DNA of 64,000 bases, taken from positions 11,842,001 to 11,906,000 of the forward strand of contig OX597840.1 in assembly GCA_951406725.2 (NCBI GenBank), written 5' to 3'. This DNA comes from Octopus vulgaris (lineage: Eukaryota). This document shows, piece by piece, positions 1 through 13,194 of this stretch. A program made the position numbers and the translations under genes. The notes beneath the pieces are model-generated. The model was given only the letters and a program-made list of their open reading frames with translations. It had not been told where the DNA came from and ran no database searches. The number at the start of each line of letters is the position of its first letter. Position 1 is the stretch's first letter.

Positions 1-864
1 CTTAAGTCTGCGATTACCATTCCAGCATTTACGGATTAAGTTGCATCTGTTATTATTAATATTTTATTATGGGTTTAATATTTTATGGAACCCCACGAGG
101 AAGAATGAACCAAAGTCGATCCCTAGAGATCGAACCCTCAATATAAATGCTACGGATAATATAATGCATTATATATATGCATTATATATATATATATATA
201 TATATATATTCTTGCATGCGTATACCGAAAGATCGCCCTGTATATTATTCTTGTATTCTTTTATATGCTTCAGGCCAATCACTCTGGCCATGCTGGAGCA
301 CATATATATATATATATGTATGTATATAAGAACTGGGGTAGATTCGTTCTGCTAAACCCTTCAAGGCGGTGCTCCAGCTTGGTCGCAGTTCTATGACTGA
401 AACAATTAAAAGAAATATTTATGGGTATATATGTGTATATGTATGGCGATCTTTCGATATAATATATATATGTATATGTATATACATATATACACACGTA
501 TATATAGACTTATATATATGTATATATATATATATACATGTATGTATATACATATATATATATATATACATTATAATGTGTGTATATCTATATATATATA
601 TATATACATTATAATGTGTGTATATATATATATATATTATAATGTGTGTATATATATATATATATATTATAATGTGTGTATATATATATATACATTATAA
701 TGTGTGTATATATATATATATATATATACATTATAATGTGTGTATATGTATATATATATATATACATTCGTTCATGGATATGTGTATCTAAGTGCGTATG
801 ATTGTAAAATTATGGATGCATATGTGTGTGATACGTATATATATTTATATACGCCATATATATG

Positions 865-907
<43 letters not shown>

Positions 908-1034
908 ACATGTATGTATATATACACATTATATAGACAGAGTTCTGGTTTAAACACCCCCATATAACCCCTACAGGTATATCAAACACCAAAGTGCGTG
1001 TATATATTTGTGATTGCATACATATGGATATGTC

Positions 1035-1083
<49 letters not shown>

Positions 1084-2728
1084 GTGTGTGTATGTATTTA
1101 ACATTATTGCTGTATATACAAATATGCAATGCCAAACCTTATACACACACGCACGAAGGTTAATGTCACAATAGGATCGGAGCTTAATTAAACATGTAAA
1201 TTAGTCCATGAGCAACATATAATCAATATAATATACAGATGTTATAATCTCATGTGTTGCATCTACAAATATATTTCATTTTGGCCATCCTTCGTTTCAA
1301 GTACCGAAAGATCGCCTTGATTTTTATATCCTTAGAATAAGGCTTCTTTGACTAACCGCGCCATTTCCCAAGAACTGGCACCAGTGAAATTCGATCCTTT
1401 GATCCAGGTCATACGGGCGCTGCCCTATATATTTATATATATATATATATATATATAGTCTTGTATAGTCCATGTAACCTAAATTTGCTTCAGTCTACAA
1501 AGACTGAAGAACCATTCTGCTATTCTTGGCAATAAAAGCCTCTTTTGGTCATGTGGGGGGTCATAAATTGGAACACCACGATGTCGATGTATACAGAGTT
1601 GATATATACACACCACAGGTGAGTGTGTATATAGATGTGTGTTTACTGTATATATATTATATATATATATATATTGATAAAAATGGTAAGACAACAAAAG
1701 AATGAAAGAGACCTCGATATTGTGTTAAAAGAAGAATTTATATATATATATATGTGTGTATATAATATATGGTGAAGGGGGGGGGACTTATACAAAGATG
1801 TATGTATTTTATATACATATATATGTGCGTGTATAGTATGTGTATATATGCGATTCCCTTCATTATTTTGACCTGTAGTTCTGCATTAAATTCCGTGCTT
1901 TGTGTATCAGAAAATATGGTGTGTTTATATACACATTGGTAGCTATATACACCTGCATGTTGGCATATGAAAAGTACATAATGGACCCCTGCCTGTTAGC
2001 TATCTTTCTATCTATTTATCTATCCCTCTATCCGTCTGTCTTTCTATCTAATCTACGTGTGGTAAGGTACATCCTTTGTGTTTTTACCTGTTAGCCGAAT
2101 GGCCCTTCATCGCCCTCTTGTGCCACATTTTACGATTATATATATCCCTTTCTGCTCTAGGCATAAGACCCGAGATTTTTGGGGATGTGGGGCCAGTCGA
2201 TTAGATCGATCCCAGTACGCAACTGGTACTTAATTTATCGACCCCGAAAGGATGAAAGACAAACTCGACCTCGACTTTGCCTTTCATCCTTTCGGGGTCG
2301 ATAAATAAAGCACCAGTTTCGCACTGGGGTCGATGTAATCGACTTAATCCCGTTGTCTGTTTGTCCTTGTTTGTCCCCTCTATGTTTAGCCCCTTGTGAG
2401 CAATAAAGAAATATATATTATGTATATAAATGCGTATACAACGCTGGTGATGATGTGAAAAGGGACAAATAATAAAGACGGATGAAGGGTCTTGACGTTA
2501 TGTGATGCAAATTCTTTGCCGAACTAACTTCAGGAAACTGGTTACTCACCTGATTACCTACAAACTGGGCTAAACACACAATGCAGACTTCCTCTTTTCT
2601 GAGAAATAGGTATACATACAAACACTGTCCTCGATGTGACATGAGGATTAAGAGCTAAAGCAGGCCTGAAGCGAAACCAGAAGACGGTCTGAAGCAGTGG
2701 TTTTTCGGCCCTTTTTTTTGCCTATAGA

Positions 2729-3148
2729 CTCTCTTTTACTCTTTTACTTGTTTCAGTCATTTGACTGCGGCCATGCTGGAGCACCGCCTTCTAGTCGAGC
2801 AAATCGACCCCGGGACTTATTCTTTTGTAAGCCCAGTACTTATTCTATCGGTTTCTTTTGCCGAACCGCTAAGTGACGGGGACGTAAACACACCAGCATC
2901 GGTTGTCAAGCAATGCTAGGGGGACAAACACAGACACACAAACATATACACACACACTTATATATATATATACTTATATATATATATATACGACGGGCTT
3001 CTTTCAGTTTCCGTCTACCAAATCCACTCACAAGGCATTGGTCGGCCCGAGGCTATAGCAGAAGACACTTGCCCAAGGTGCCACGCAATGGGACTGAACC
3101 CGGAACCATGTGGTTGGTTAGCAAGCTACTTACCACACGGCCACTCTT
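2729..3148 (-). mobile_element. tRNA-derived SINE family A, full-length copy (dominant family; further copies ~4262-4590+, 8407-8820+, 10268-10565+, 10596-11015-, 15660-16060-, 18580-18930-, 27701-28095+, 33087-33200+, 34270-34420-, 36395-36760+, 55937-56315+, 56960-57450-)
   Basis: Pol III A box TGGCTGTGTGG and B box GGTTCAGTCCC, conserved body caccttgggcaagtgtcttc..., internal (TA)/(TG) microsatellite, short tail ...gactgaaacaagtaaaagag; many similar copies in the window. Confidence 0.9.
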
Positions 3149-3243
3149 GGTGATTCCTCTTTTATTTGGATTGACTCGCATAGCCATTCGACGATTGTTA
3201 GATACGATTAGGAATTCTATAAAGAATTGTGAAAAATATTTTT

Positions 3244-3659
3244 GGATCTTTTCGGTTTGAACGGTAGTTTTTTCTAGCGGTGTCATATGAAATTGTCACC
3301 CATAATTATGACCCTAGTATCGATCTATTGCATTTCAATCTGTTTTAGGGTTAGGGGTGGGGGGAAAGGTATCGTTTTTTTTTCTTCACAAATGTAAATA
3401 AACCCAATCTGTTTCTTAAACGAGGGTCATATTCATATGGCACAGAATGTTTTTATCTCAATAGACGTCATTGATTGGTTGAAATTGCAGAAATTGAAGA
3501 AGAAAAAACAACAAATATCTTATAAACTATAGAATTTTCTCAATAAAGCCAAGAGAAAAAGATGTTTTATAAACACATTCTACCAGTATACGAAGTTTAA
3601 AAGTGTTTAGTTACGTGGTAATTATTTAAAAAAAACTGCTATTCAAACCGCAAAGATCC
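3244..3659. mobile_element. Non-autonomous DNA transposon with GGATCTTTTC... TIRs and internal TTAGGG; related copies 16487-16856, 35836-36038 and a split copy ~39834-40968
   Basis: Terminal inverted repeats ggatcttttcggtttgaacgg / ctattcaaaccgcaaagatcc; flanks atattttt/atattttg here and caattttg/caattttt at 35836 suggest an 8-bp TSD. Confidence 0.8.
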
Positions 3660-4418
3660 ATATTTTGTGTATTGTAGAAGTATAACCTGGTTATTTGACA
3701 CGGATTTTAATAACAAGATCTTATGCGGACCCCCTGTTGAGAACCAGGTCGAGGAAGAAGGAAAGAATGGAAATTGGAAAATTTCTCTGCTAGATTGGGT
3801 CATGTTTATTTTGAGACTGAGTGGGCAGAGAATAAAGATCTTTAACACACAGGACGACTAGGACATTTCCTATTAGTCATACACGAAATCTGAGATTGTT
3901 TGGGAGTCGTTTGCCAGCCAGGTAGAAGGTGGACATAGCAGATGGATTGATATAATATTTTTTATGTCTTTCACTTGTTTCAATCATTGGACAGCAGCCA
4001 TGCTGGGACGGACATACCTTGAAAGGGCTTCCATCAAACAGATTGACCCCTGTACTTAATTATCGCTCTCTCTCTCTCTCCCTTTACCTTGGTACCTATT
4101 CTGTTAGTGTCCATTTACTGAAGAACTAAGTTATGGGGATGTAAACAAACCAACAGTAGTTGTCGAGGGTATATATATGTTGAGGTTGATCTAATCGACT
4201 GCTCCCCTCCCCCAAAATTTCGGGCCTTGTGCCTAGAATAGAAAAGAATATCAACAATAATGAGCAGTGTGGTAAGTAGCTTGTTTACCAACCACATGGT
4301 TCCGGGTTCAGTCCCACTGCGTGGCACCTTGGGCAAGTGTCTTCTACTATAGCCTTGGGCCAACTAAAGCCTTGTGAGTGGATTTGGTAGACGGAAACTG
4401 AAAGAAGCCCGTTGTATA

Positions 4419-4449
<31 letters not shown>

Positions 4450-7101
4450 GCATGTGTGTGTGTATGTTTGTGTGTCTGTGTTTGTCCCACTAGCATTGCT
4501 TGATAACTGATGCTGGTGTGTTTATGTCTCCATTACTTGGCGGTTCGGCAAAAGAGACCGATAGAATAAGTACTGGGCTTACAAAATAAGTTAGCCAGGG
4601 TTCCCCAACCAGTGGGCCACACAGGAAGATCATCATCGTTTAGTGTCCGCTTTCCATGCTAGCATGGGTTGGACAGTGCAACTGGGGTCTGGGAAGCCAG
4701 GAGGCTACACCAAGCCCAGTCTGATCTGGCAATGTTTCTACGGCTGGATGCCCTTCCTAACGCCAACCACTCCGTGAGTGTAGTCGGTGCTTTTTACGTG
4801 CCAGACGAGGCTGGCAATGGTCACGATCGGATGGAGGTCAGACGAGGCTGGCAAATGGCCATGATCGGATGGTGATTTTTATGTGCCACCGGCACGGAGA
4901 CTTCTAAATTTTATTTCTGTTTTATTGACTGTCACCAACTTGCATACTAATTCTTTTGTTGAATCTGTCAACTCTCACCAAGCTGACAACATCTGTACAC
5001 AGATTGCATCACTCCTACAACCCATTCACTGAAACCTCGTCAAAGACTTTCACCAGTCACAGAAGGCTAATCACAGGGATTGTTCCAAAGCTAAGAACAC
5101 TTTACTAGGAATGGTGACGGGGGCATCAGGGTTACCCTGTCCTCGCACAAGGATCAGTTGCATTTTAACTCTTTCTGTTACATCATCAGCCTGGTGCCTC
5201 TGTAACTAATTCTTTTTACATGTCCCCTTTGTCCTTGCAATGGTAAATAACTATACTGCCACAACAATCCCTAAATGAGACCCCTCTCTGTGAGAATGCT
5301 CAGCACAGGCCCCCATCATCATCATCGTTTAACGTCCACTTTCCATGCTAGCATGGGTTGGACGGTTCAACTGGGGTCTGGGAAGCCAGAAGGCTGCACC
5401 AGGCCCAGTCTGATCTGGCGATGTTTCTACGGCTGGATGCCCAAACTAATGCCAACCACTCCGTGAGTATAGTGGGTGCTTTTTACGTGCCACCGGCACA
5501 GATGCCAGGCGAGGCTGGCAGTAGCCACGATCGGATTGGTGCTTTTTACGTGCCACCAGCACGGAAGCCAGTCTAGGCGGCGCTAGCATCAGCCGCGTTC
5601 GGATGGTGCTTTTTACGTGCCACCGGCACAGGGATCACAACTGCAGTTTCCATTGATTTTGATGTTGGTGTACTTGACTCAATGGATCTCCTCAAGCACA
5701 GGGTCAAAACGGTGTTTCTTTACTTGCCACCTGCACAGGAGTCAGTCCAGCGGCCCTGGCAACTGTCGGGTGCCAGTCATAGGATTGGTTCAATTTCGAA
5801 TTCGATTTCGACTTCGCTTGCCTCAACAGATCTTCCACAGCTGACATCAATAGCTGGTCCCTTTTGAGTCTACTTCAGCAGATCCCCAACTTTTTTTTGT
5901 GCATCAAGAACTGATTTCATACAAGACAATTTTTTCCATGGACTAAGGAATCCAATGCTTATCAAAACACAAAAAAGTGAATAATATAAAGACCCCCTTC
6001 AGTCATGAATGACCATGGGATGGCACCTAGAAAGTTCCCCTCTGAGGCACAAATCCGGGCAAGGTTGTTAATAAAGGACTAGTAGTCGCCCATGCATATC
6101 AGTCTCTCCCCAGAAATTGTAAGTGTATGACAAAAGACCGAGACACCTGGCGCCTGGTTGTACTCGAGAAGACCCATGCCCTGCAGCAGAAGTGTTAAGG
6201 GCTGGTCCTTTTGGTTGTGTAAAGCACTCATAGCAATGGCACCATTTAAAAGCATGAAGCACACTCTGTAAAGTGGTTGGCATTAGGAAGGGCGTCAATC
6301 CGTAGAAACCATGCGAAATCAGAGAGGAGTCTGGTGAAGCCACCTGAAGGGCGTCAATCCATAGAAACCATGCAAAATCAGATAGGGGTCTGCTGCAGCC
6401 CCCTGAAGAGCGTCAATCCGTAGAAACCATGTGAAATCAGACAGGAGCCTGGTTCAGTCACTTGGCTTGTCAGCATGGACATTAAACGATGATGGTGTAT
6501 GCAGTGTTAGCTTTGGAGATGTAATTGATGAAGTGGGATCACCTTCAGGCCGAGAGGAGGAAGGGTATGTGTGTGGTAGATGTTTTGGCGCCTCTGAAAA
6601 TTCTTTGGAAATAGGTGATAGCTTCTATTAGTTAGGTGACCTAATTAGCAGTGGAAAAGTGCTCTGAAAGCTTAGCAACCAGAACTAGAACAGGATGGTA
6701 AAAGTTCAATGAGTTATTATCTCTGCTGGCAACAGTTGTTTATTATTATTATTATTATTATTATTATTTTTTTTTTTTTTTCTTTTTCTGAATGAACGGT
6801 AGATTGTGTTGGCTCCTGTACGAAGTGCAGTGTTGCATGGTGACAAAGCACAGCCTTTGAAAACAGGAAAGAAGGAAGGATGTGAGCGTATTACACTGAG
6901 AGTGTAATGTTAGAGTGTAGGAATGTAATGTTAGAGAGAGAGAGAGAGAGACAAAAACTTGGTTGTGTACAAGTGAGGAAACTGTACTGGTTATTGATAT
7001 AATGAAGGGCGACAGTTATGAAAAATACAAAATGATCTGAGATAGTTGAAGAAGATAAAGACTTTGGATTAAATATGTTTCTGGTTTAGGCACACCACTT
7101 A

Positions 7102-7695
7102 CATCATCATTATCATCATCATTTAGTGTCCGCTTTCCATGCTAGCATGGGTTGGACGGTTCAACTGGGATCTGGGAAGCCAGAAGGCTGCGCCAGGCTC
7201 CAGTCTGATCTGGCAGTGTTTCTACGGCTGGATGCCCTTCCTAACGCCAACCACTCTGTGAGTGTATTGAGTGCTTTTTATGTGCCACCGGCACGGAAGT
7301 TAGCCAGGGCGGCTCTGGCTATGGCCACGATCGGACGGTGCTTTTTACGTGCCACCAGCACGGGGGCCAGGCCAGGCTGGCAAACGGCCACGGTCGGATG
7401 GTGCATTTTATGTGCCACCGGCACGGGGGCAGGTGAGGCTGGCAAACGGACACGGTCGGATGGTGCTTTTTACGTGCCACCGGCACTGGGGCCAGGCGAG
7501 GCTGGCAAACGGCCACGGTTGGATGGTGCATTTTATGTGCCACCGGCACGGGGGCCAGGTGAGGCTGGCAAACGGCCTCAGTCGGATGGTGCTTTTTACG
7601 TGCCACCAACACGGGGGCCAGGTGAGGCTGGCAAACGACCACGGGGGCCAGGCGAGGCTGGCAACAGCCACGATCGGATGGTGCTTTTTGCGTGA
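7102..7695 (-). mobile_element. SINE family C with (GAT)n tail and internal ~63-bp GC-rich minisatellite (about 6 units); other copies ~4630-4900, 5314-5830, 11210-11410, 12380-12720, 25201-25337, 26090-26322, 27370-27570, 28765-29237
   Basis: Shared body ggttggcgttaggaagggcatccagccgtagaaac...ccaacccatgctagcatggaaagcggacgttaaacgatgatg; unit starts (ggatggtgc) at 7396, 7458, 7521, 7584. Confidence 0.85.
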
Positions 7696-8577
7696 CCCAT
7701 AACACTTCTCTTTATTCATTCACTTCTAATTTGAGGTCATGCTCCGACATCTTTTCCAGGGGTCATCGTGTATCTCCTCTCACAGCAAACCATCATCTGT
7801 TCCTGTTCCCCTCAACGCCTAGCACAAACCCACTCCCTTCAATACTGCTCCTCCCCACCTCATCTGAAGGGGTCTTGCCTTGCAAGTTACTTGGTCATCT
7901 CACAAATGCCGGTACCATGTAAAAAGCACCCAGTTCACTCTGTAAAGGGGTTGGTGTTTGAACAGGCATCCAACCATAGAAACCATACCAGAACAGACAC
8001 GGGGGCTTGATGTGGTCCTTTGGTTTACCGATTCCTGTCAAACCATCCAACCAATGCCAGCATGGATAATGGACATTAAGTGATGATGTGGTTGGGTCAG
8101 TCGGTCAGTACTGTCAGTACTGTCAGCCTCTGCACTTGAAATAAAGGTTACTTTCTTGGGTCATGCCAACTCATAAAGGTCGGTTTCCATGGCGTATATA
8201 TTCCCCCCTCTGGACGGGATGCAAATCTGTCGCAGGGTTACTTATTTTTGCCAGCTGAGTGGACGGGAGCAACATGAAATGAAGTGTCTTGCTCAAGGAT
8301 ATGAGTCATCCCGGTCTGGGAATTGAAACCACAATATTGCAATCATGATTATAACACCCCGGCTACGATGCCACACACCTTCACAGAACCTTCAAGAGAA
8401 GCTATTAGGTGCAGGAGTGGCTGTGTGGTAAGTAGCTTGTTTACCAACCACATGGTTCCGGGTTCAGTCCCACTGTGTGGCACCTTGGGCAAGTGTCTTC
8501 TACTATAGCCTCGGGCCGACCAAAGCCTTGTGAGTGGATTTGGTAGATGGAAACTGAAAGAAGCCTGTCGTATATAT

Positions 8578-8613
<36 letters not shown>

Positions 8614-9042
8614 ATATGTTTGTGTGTCTGTGTTTGTCCCCCAGCATTGCTTGACAACCGATGCTGGTGTGTTTATTTCCCCGTTACTTAGCGGTTCAGC
8701 AAAAGAGACCGATAGAATAAGTACTGGGCTTACAAAAGAATAAGTCCAGGGGTCGAGTGGCTCGATTAAAGGCGGGGCTCCAGCATGGCCGCAGTCAAAT
8801 GACTGAAACAAGTAGAAGAGTATATACGTTGATAGTCCTAAAGAAATTGTTGGGCTGGTATTCTTTGTGATTTTCCACATTTAGTTAAGACAACCTGAAC
8901 TGGTTGTTGTTGGTGACCTACTGGTTTTTTTAGCACCCCCCCCCCCATTATTTTTTTTTTTGAGAGAGCACTTCTTGGGATTCTGTAAATGACCATAGAA
9001 TACTTTCATCATTTATGTCACTTTTCCTTGCTTAGTCATCAT

Positions 9043-9518
9043 TAATGTCCACTTTCCTTGTTATCGGACTAAATTAATGTCCATTTTCCTGCTTAATGTC
9101 CACTTTTCCTTGCTTATCGGACTAAACTTTTCCTTGCTTATCTTTAATGTCCACTTTTCCTTGCTTATCGGACTAAATTAATGTCCACTTTTCCTTGCTT
9201 ATCGGACTAAATTAATGTCCACTTTTCCTTGTTTATCGGACTAAATTAATGTCCACTTTTCCTTGCTTATCGGACTAAATTAATGTCCACTTTTCCTTGC
9301 TCATCGGACTAAATTAATGTCCACTTTTCCTTGCTTATCGGACTAAATTAATGTCCACTTTTCCTTGCTTATCGGACTAAATTAATGTCCACTTTTCCTT
9401 GCTTATCGGACTAAATTAATGTCCACTTTTCCTTGCTTATCGGACTAAATTAATGTCCACTTTTCCTTGCTTATCGGACTAAATTAATGTCCACTTTTCC
9501 TTGCTTATCGGACTAAAT
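9043..9518. repeat. 34-bp minisatellite (aatgtccacttttccttgcttatcggactaaatt), about 14 units
   Basis: Period 34 (atgtcc at 9181, 9215); units are contiguous with no spacers. Confidence 0.95.
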
Positions 9519-9647
9519 TTGTTGAGACAGATTTTCTCCGGCTGGATGTCCTTCCTGTTGCCAACGCTTACCAGTTCCAATTAAGGTAATATTCCCCGTG
9601 ACCAGACAACAAGTAGGTACAAAAATAAGCTTTGTGTTTGGAGTTAA

Positions 9648-9820
9648 CCCTTCAGCATTTAAACCGGCCATATCTGGCCAAAATATTCTGCAGCCAGATC
9701 CAGCCTCTCACACCAACCCTACAGCGTCATTCTTGAAATTAACAGTAACCTCATCAAAATCTCAAAATTACAAAATAATGCAAGCGTTACTTTTGACAAA
9801 AGAATGTGAATACTTAAGGG
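9648..9820. mobile_element. piggyBac-like MITE family 2 (TTAA|CCCTT...AAGGG|TTAA); second copy 27578-28245 interrupted by a family A SINE
   Basis: TTAA at 9644-9647 and 9821-9824; CCCTT/AAGGG ends; same body (gcatttaaaccggccatat...) at 27578. Confidence 0.8.
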
Positions 9821-10803
9821 TTAAATGAAATGAAGGAATTCACAGGTAGGAACTTCAGGTGAACATTAGAGGGGTCCTTGAAGGTGGCGAGCTGGCAGGC
9901 TCAGAATGCCAGGCAAAAATCCTTAGCAGTATTTTGTCTGCCTTTACATCCTGAGTTCAAATTCTGTTGGGGTCGGCTTTCCTTTTTATCGTTTTGGGGT
10001 TGTTAAAATAGGTAACAGTTGAGTACCGGGGTCGATGTAGTTGACTTACCCCTAACCCCGAAGTTGCTGGCCTTGTGCCAAAATTTTGAAATCGACATCT
10101 GAGGGCCCTTAGCGAGTTTTCGTCTTAAATGCCAAGGTCATGAGCAGTGACCTGGAGGCTTGCTCCCTAATTTCACTGGTCAAATTTTAGGATGTGTTTA
10201 ATGTTACTGATTGAATGAGGAACTGGAGACTCAACCCTTAACCCTTTTTCTGCAGAAATCAAATATAAGGTGCAGGCGTGGCTGTGTGGTAAGAAGCTGA
10301 CTTCCCAACCACATGGTTCTGGGTTCAGTCCCACTTCGTGGAACCATGGGCAAATGTCATCTACTATAGCTTCAGGCCAACCAAAGCCTTGTGAGTGGAT
10401 TTGGTAGATGGAAACTGAAAGGAACCCATTGTATATATGTGTGTGTGTGTGTCTGTGTTTGTCCCCTCCCCAATCACCACTTGACAACCAGTGTTGGTGT
10501 GTTTACATCCCAGTAACTTAGCGGTTCGACAAAAAGAGACTGATAGAATAAGTTCCAGCCTTAAAGACACACACACATATGTGCGTGTGTGTATCCTTTT
10601 ACTTGTTTCAGTCATTTGACTGTGGCCATGCTGGAGTACCACCTTTAGTCGAACAAATTAACCCTGGGACTTATTCTTTGTAAGCCTAGCACTTATTCCA
10701 TCAGTCTCTTTTTTACCGAACCGCTAGATGACAGGGACGTAAACACACCAACATTGGTTGTCAAGCGATGTTGGAGGGACAGACACAGACACAAATAAAA
10801 AAC

Positions 10804-10871
<68 letters not shown>

Positions 10872-11038
10872 TTCTTTCAGTTTTCCTCTACCAAATTCAA
10901 GGCTTTGGTCGGCCAGAGACTATCATAGAAGACACATGCCCAAGGTGTCACACAGTGGGACTGAACCCGGAACCATGTGGTTGGGAAGCAAGCTTCTTAC
11001 CACACAGCCACTACTATACCTATATATGTGTGTGTGTG

Positions 11039-11089
<51 letters not shown>

Positions 11090-11411
11090 TCATTGTTTAA
11101 CGTCCTCCTTCAATGCTCTCATGGGTTTGACAGTTTCACAGGAGCTGGCCAGGCAGGAGCATTCACCATACTGCTGTGTCTGTTTTGGCAGGGTTATATA
11201 TATATATATATCATCATCATTTAGCGTCCGTTTTCCATGCTAGCATGGGTTGGACGGTTCAACTGGGGTCTGGGGAGCCCGAAGGCTGCACCAGGCCAGT
11301 CAGATCTGGCAGTGTTTCTACAGCTGGATGCCCTTCCTAACGCCAACCACTCCGAGAGTGTAGTGGGTGATTTTATGTGCCACCGACACAGGTGCCAGAC
11401 GAGGCTGGCGA

Positions 11412-11461
<50 letters not shown>

Positions 11462-11734
11462 AGTTATGGGTCTCAAGAAGACCCATAACTCTGCAGCTGA
11501 AGTGTTAAGACAACAGTCCCTCTGGTCGTGTAAAGCACCTGTGCAGAGCCAAGTATAAGTGTCCATATGGTGCCATGTGAAAGTACCTGGCACAGTCTAT
11601 AAACCAAACCGAATCAGACTAGGGTCTGTTGCAGCTATTACATAGGGATTGAGCAACATGCTGGAGGCTTGCTCCTTAATTGACCCATAATTTAATTTGT
11701 GGTTTTAGCTGCTATTTGAAGCAAGTTCAGGTGT

Positions 11735-11766
<32 letters not shown>

Positions 11767-13194
11767 GGCATATATACATATCCCAACTAGTAAATATTAT
11801 TCAATAGAAATAATTGGTGTCACCTGACAAGGTGATGACTATTACAAACAACTGTTGCACCTGTCCACCTGTTGTAATTAAGTATGGAAATGAGGTGAGG
11901 TGTACAGGTATACTCTTTACTAGTATGCCTAAGTAGACGATGTATATGTACAAGGAGACGTGTTCCATTGTTTAGTACCTGGTGAACACTGGTCAGACAA
12001 GTATACTGGATCAAAGACAGTCCAGCTTTGATCACCCTGACTTTTCGTGAGAACATCTGATACTACTTACTGACCTGTTCTTCCTCATTTTTTTAATGAA
12101 AGGATCTTAGAAAAAGAGAGATTTTGCTGCTATTTCTTGCTGACCTAGCAGTCTGATAGAAGAGTACTTGTTGGCTTGGTGGCTATACACACATGCTGTG
12201 CTTGTGTGTGTATATACATACATATCTAGAATATAAGTTGGACATGGGTGATCGTTATATTCTTTCTTGTCTTGAGGTTCACAGCCAAACGGCTGGGTGG
12301 ATTCGCGTGAAAAATGGCACACATGTAGAGATGGGTGCATAGATTGGCATGCGGGTTGTATTTTTTTCTAACACCCATATCATCACCATCGTTTAACGTC
12401 CGTTTTCCATGCTAGCATGGGTTGGATGGTTCGACCGGGGATCTGGTAAGCCAGGGAGGTTGCACCAGGCTCCATTCTGATCTGGCAGTGTTTCTATGGC
12501 TGGATGCCCTTCCTAACGCCAACCACTCCGTGAGAGTAGTGGGTGCCTTTTACGTGCCACCGGCACGGGGCCAGTCAAGGCTGGCAACAGCCACAAACGG
12601 ATGGTGCTTTTTACGTGCCACCGGCACGAGGCCAGTCGAGGCTGGCAACAGCCACAAACGGATGGTGCTTTTTACGTGTCACCAGCACGAGGCCAGTCGG
12701 GGCGGCGCTGGCAACGGCCCGAGATCTATAATATCAATTGGACATGGGCAATCGTTATATTCTTTCTTGGGCAATCATTATATTCTTTCTTGTCTTGAGG
12801 TTCACAGCCAAACGGCTGGGTGGATTCACGTGAAAAATGGCACATGTGGAGACGGGTGCATAGGTTGGCATGCGGGTTGTATTTTTTCCTAGCACTTTGC
12901 CTTTCGTAGGTCGATAAAATAAGTACCAGTTGTGTAATGGGGGAATCAATGTAATCAACTTTTGAATGACCCTGAAAGAATGAACAACAAAACTGACCTC
13001 GGTCATATTTGAACTTAGAACATAAAAACAATAATAATAATAATAATGGTTGGTATGTGAGAGGGATTAAACTTTGTTGAGGTGGTGTGTTTCTTAACTC
13101 TTCTTAATTAGTGCAGCTTTAATCCCCTCGTTTTGTGTTCATAATCTCTGCCGAGGATATATTTTCGGGTGGCGTGATATAGTTTTATTGATCG

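Noticed and set aside
41-1100. YIYIYI/CVCV/THTH-type ORFs here and at ~17.5, 29, 31.3, 41, 59-63 kb
   Set aside because: Translations of (TA)n, (TG)n, (TATG)n and (GATA)n microsatellites that happen to lack stops.
2418-2642. Minus-strand ORF with a CAG|GTGAGT donor near 2548 and a CRE-like TGACGTTA nearby
   Set aside because: No recognisable protein and no partner exon found; a single donor-like motif is insufficient.
2913-3260. Recurrent peptides WSARGYSRRHLPKVP / FGRPEAIVEDTCPRCH in many ORFs, resembling a gene family
   Set aside because: Translations of SINE family A.
7126-7719. Overlapping 100-190 aa repetitive ORFs (GAFYVPPARGPGEAG)
   Set aside because: A 63-bp (multiple of 3) GC-rich minisatellite inside SINE C keeps several frames open on both strands.
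9043-9518. 34-bp repeats as a CRISPR array
   Set aside because: No unique spacers, no cas genes, eukaryotic context.
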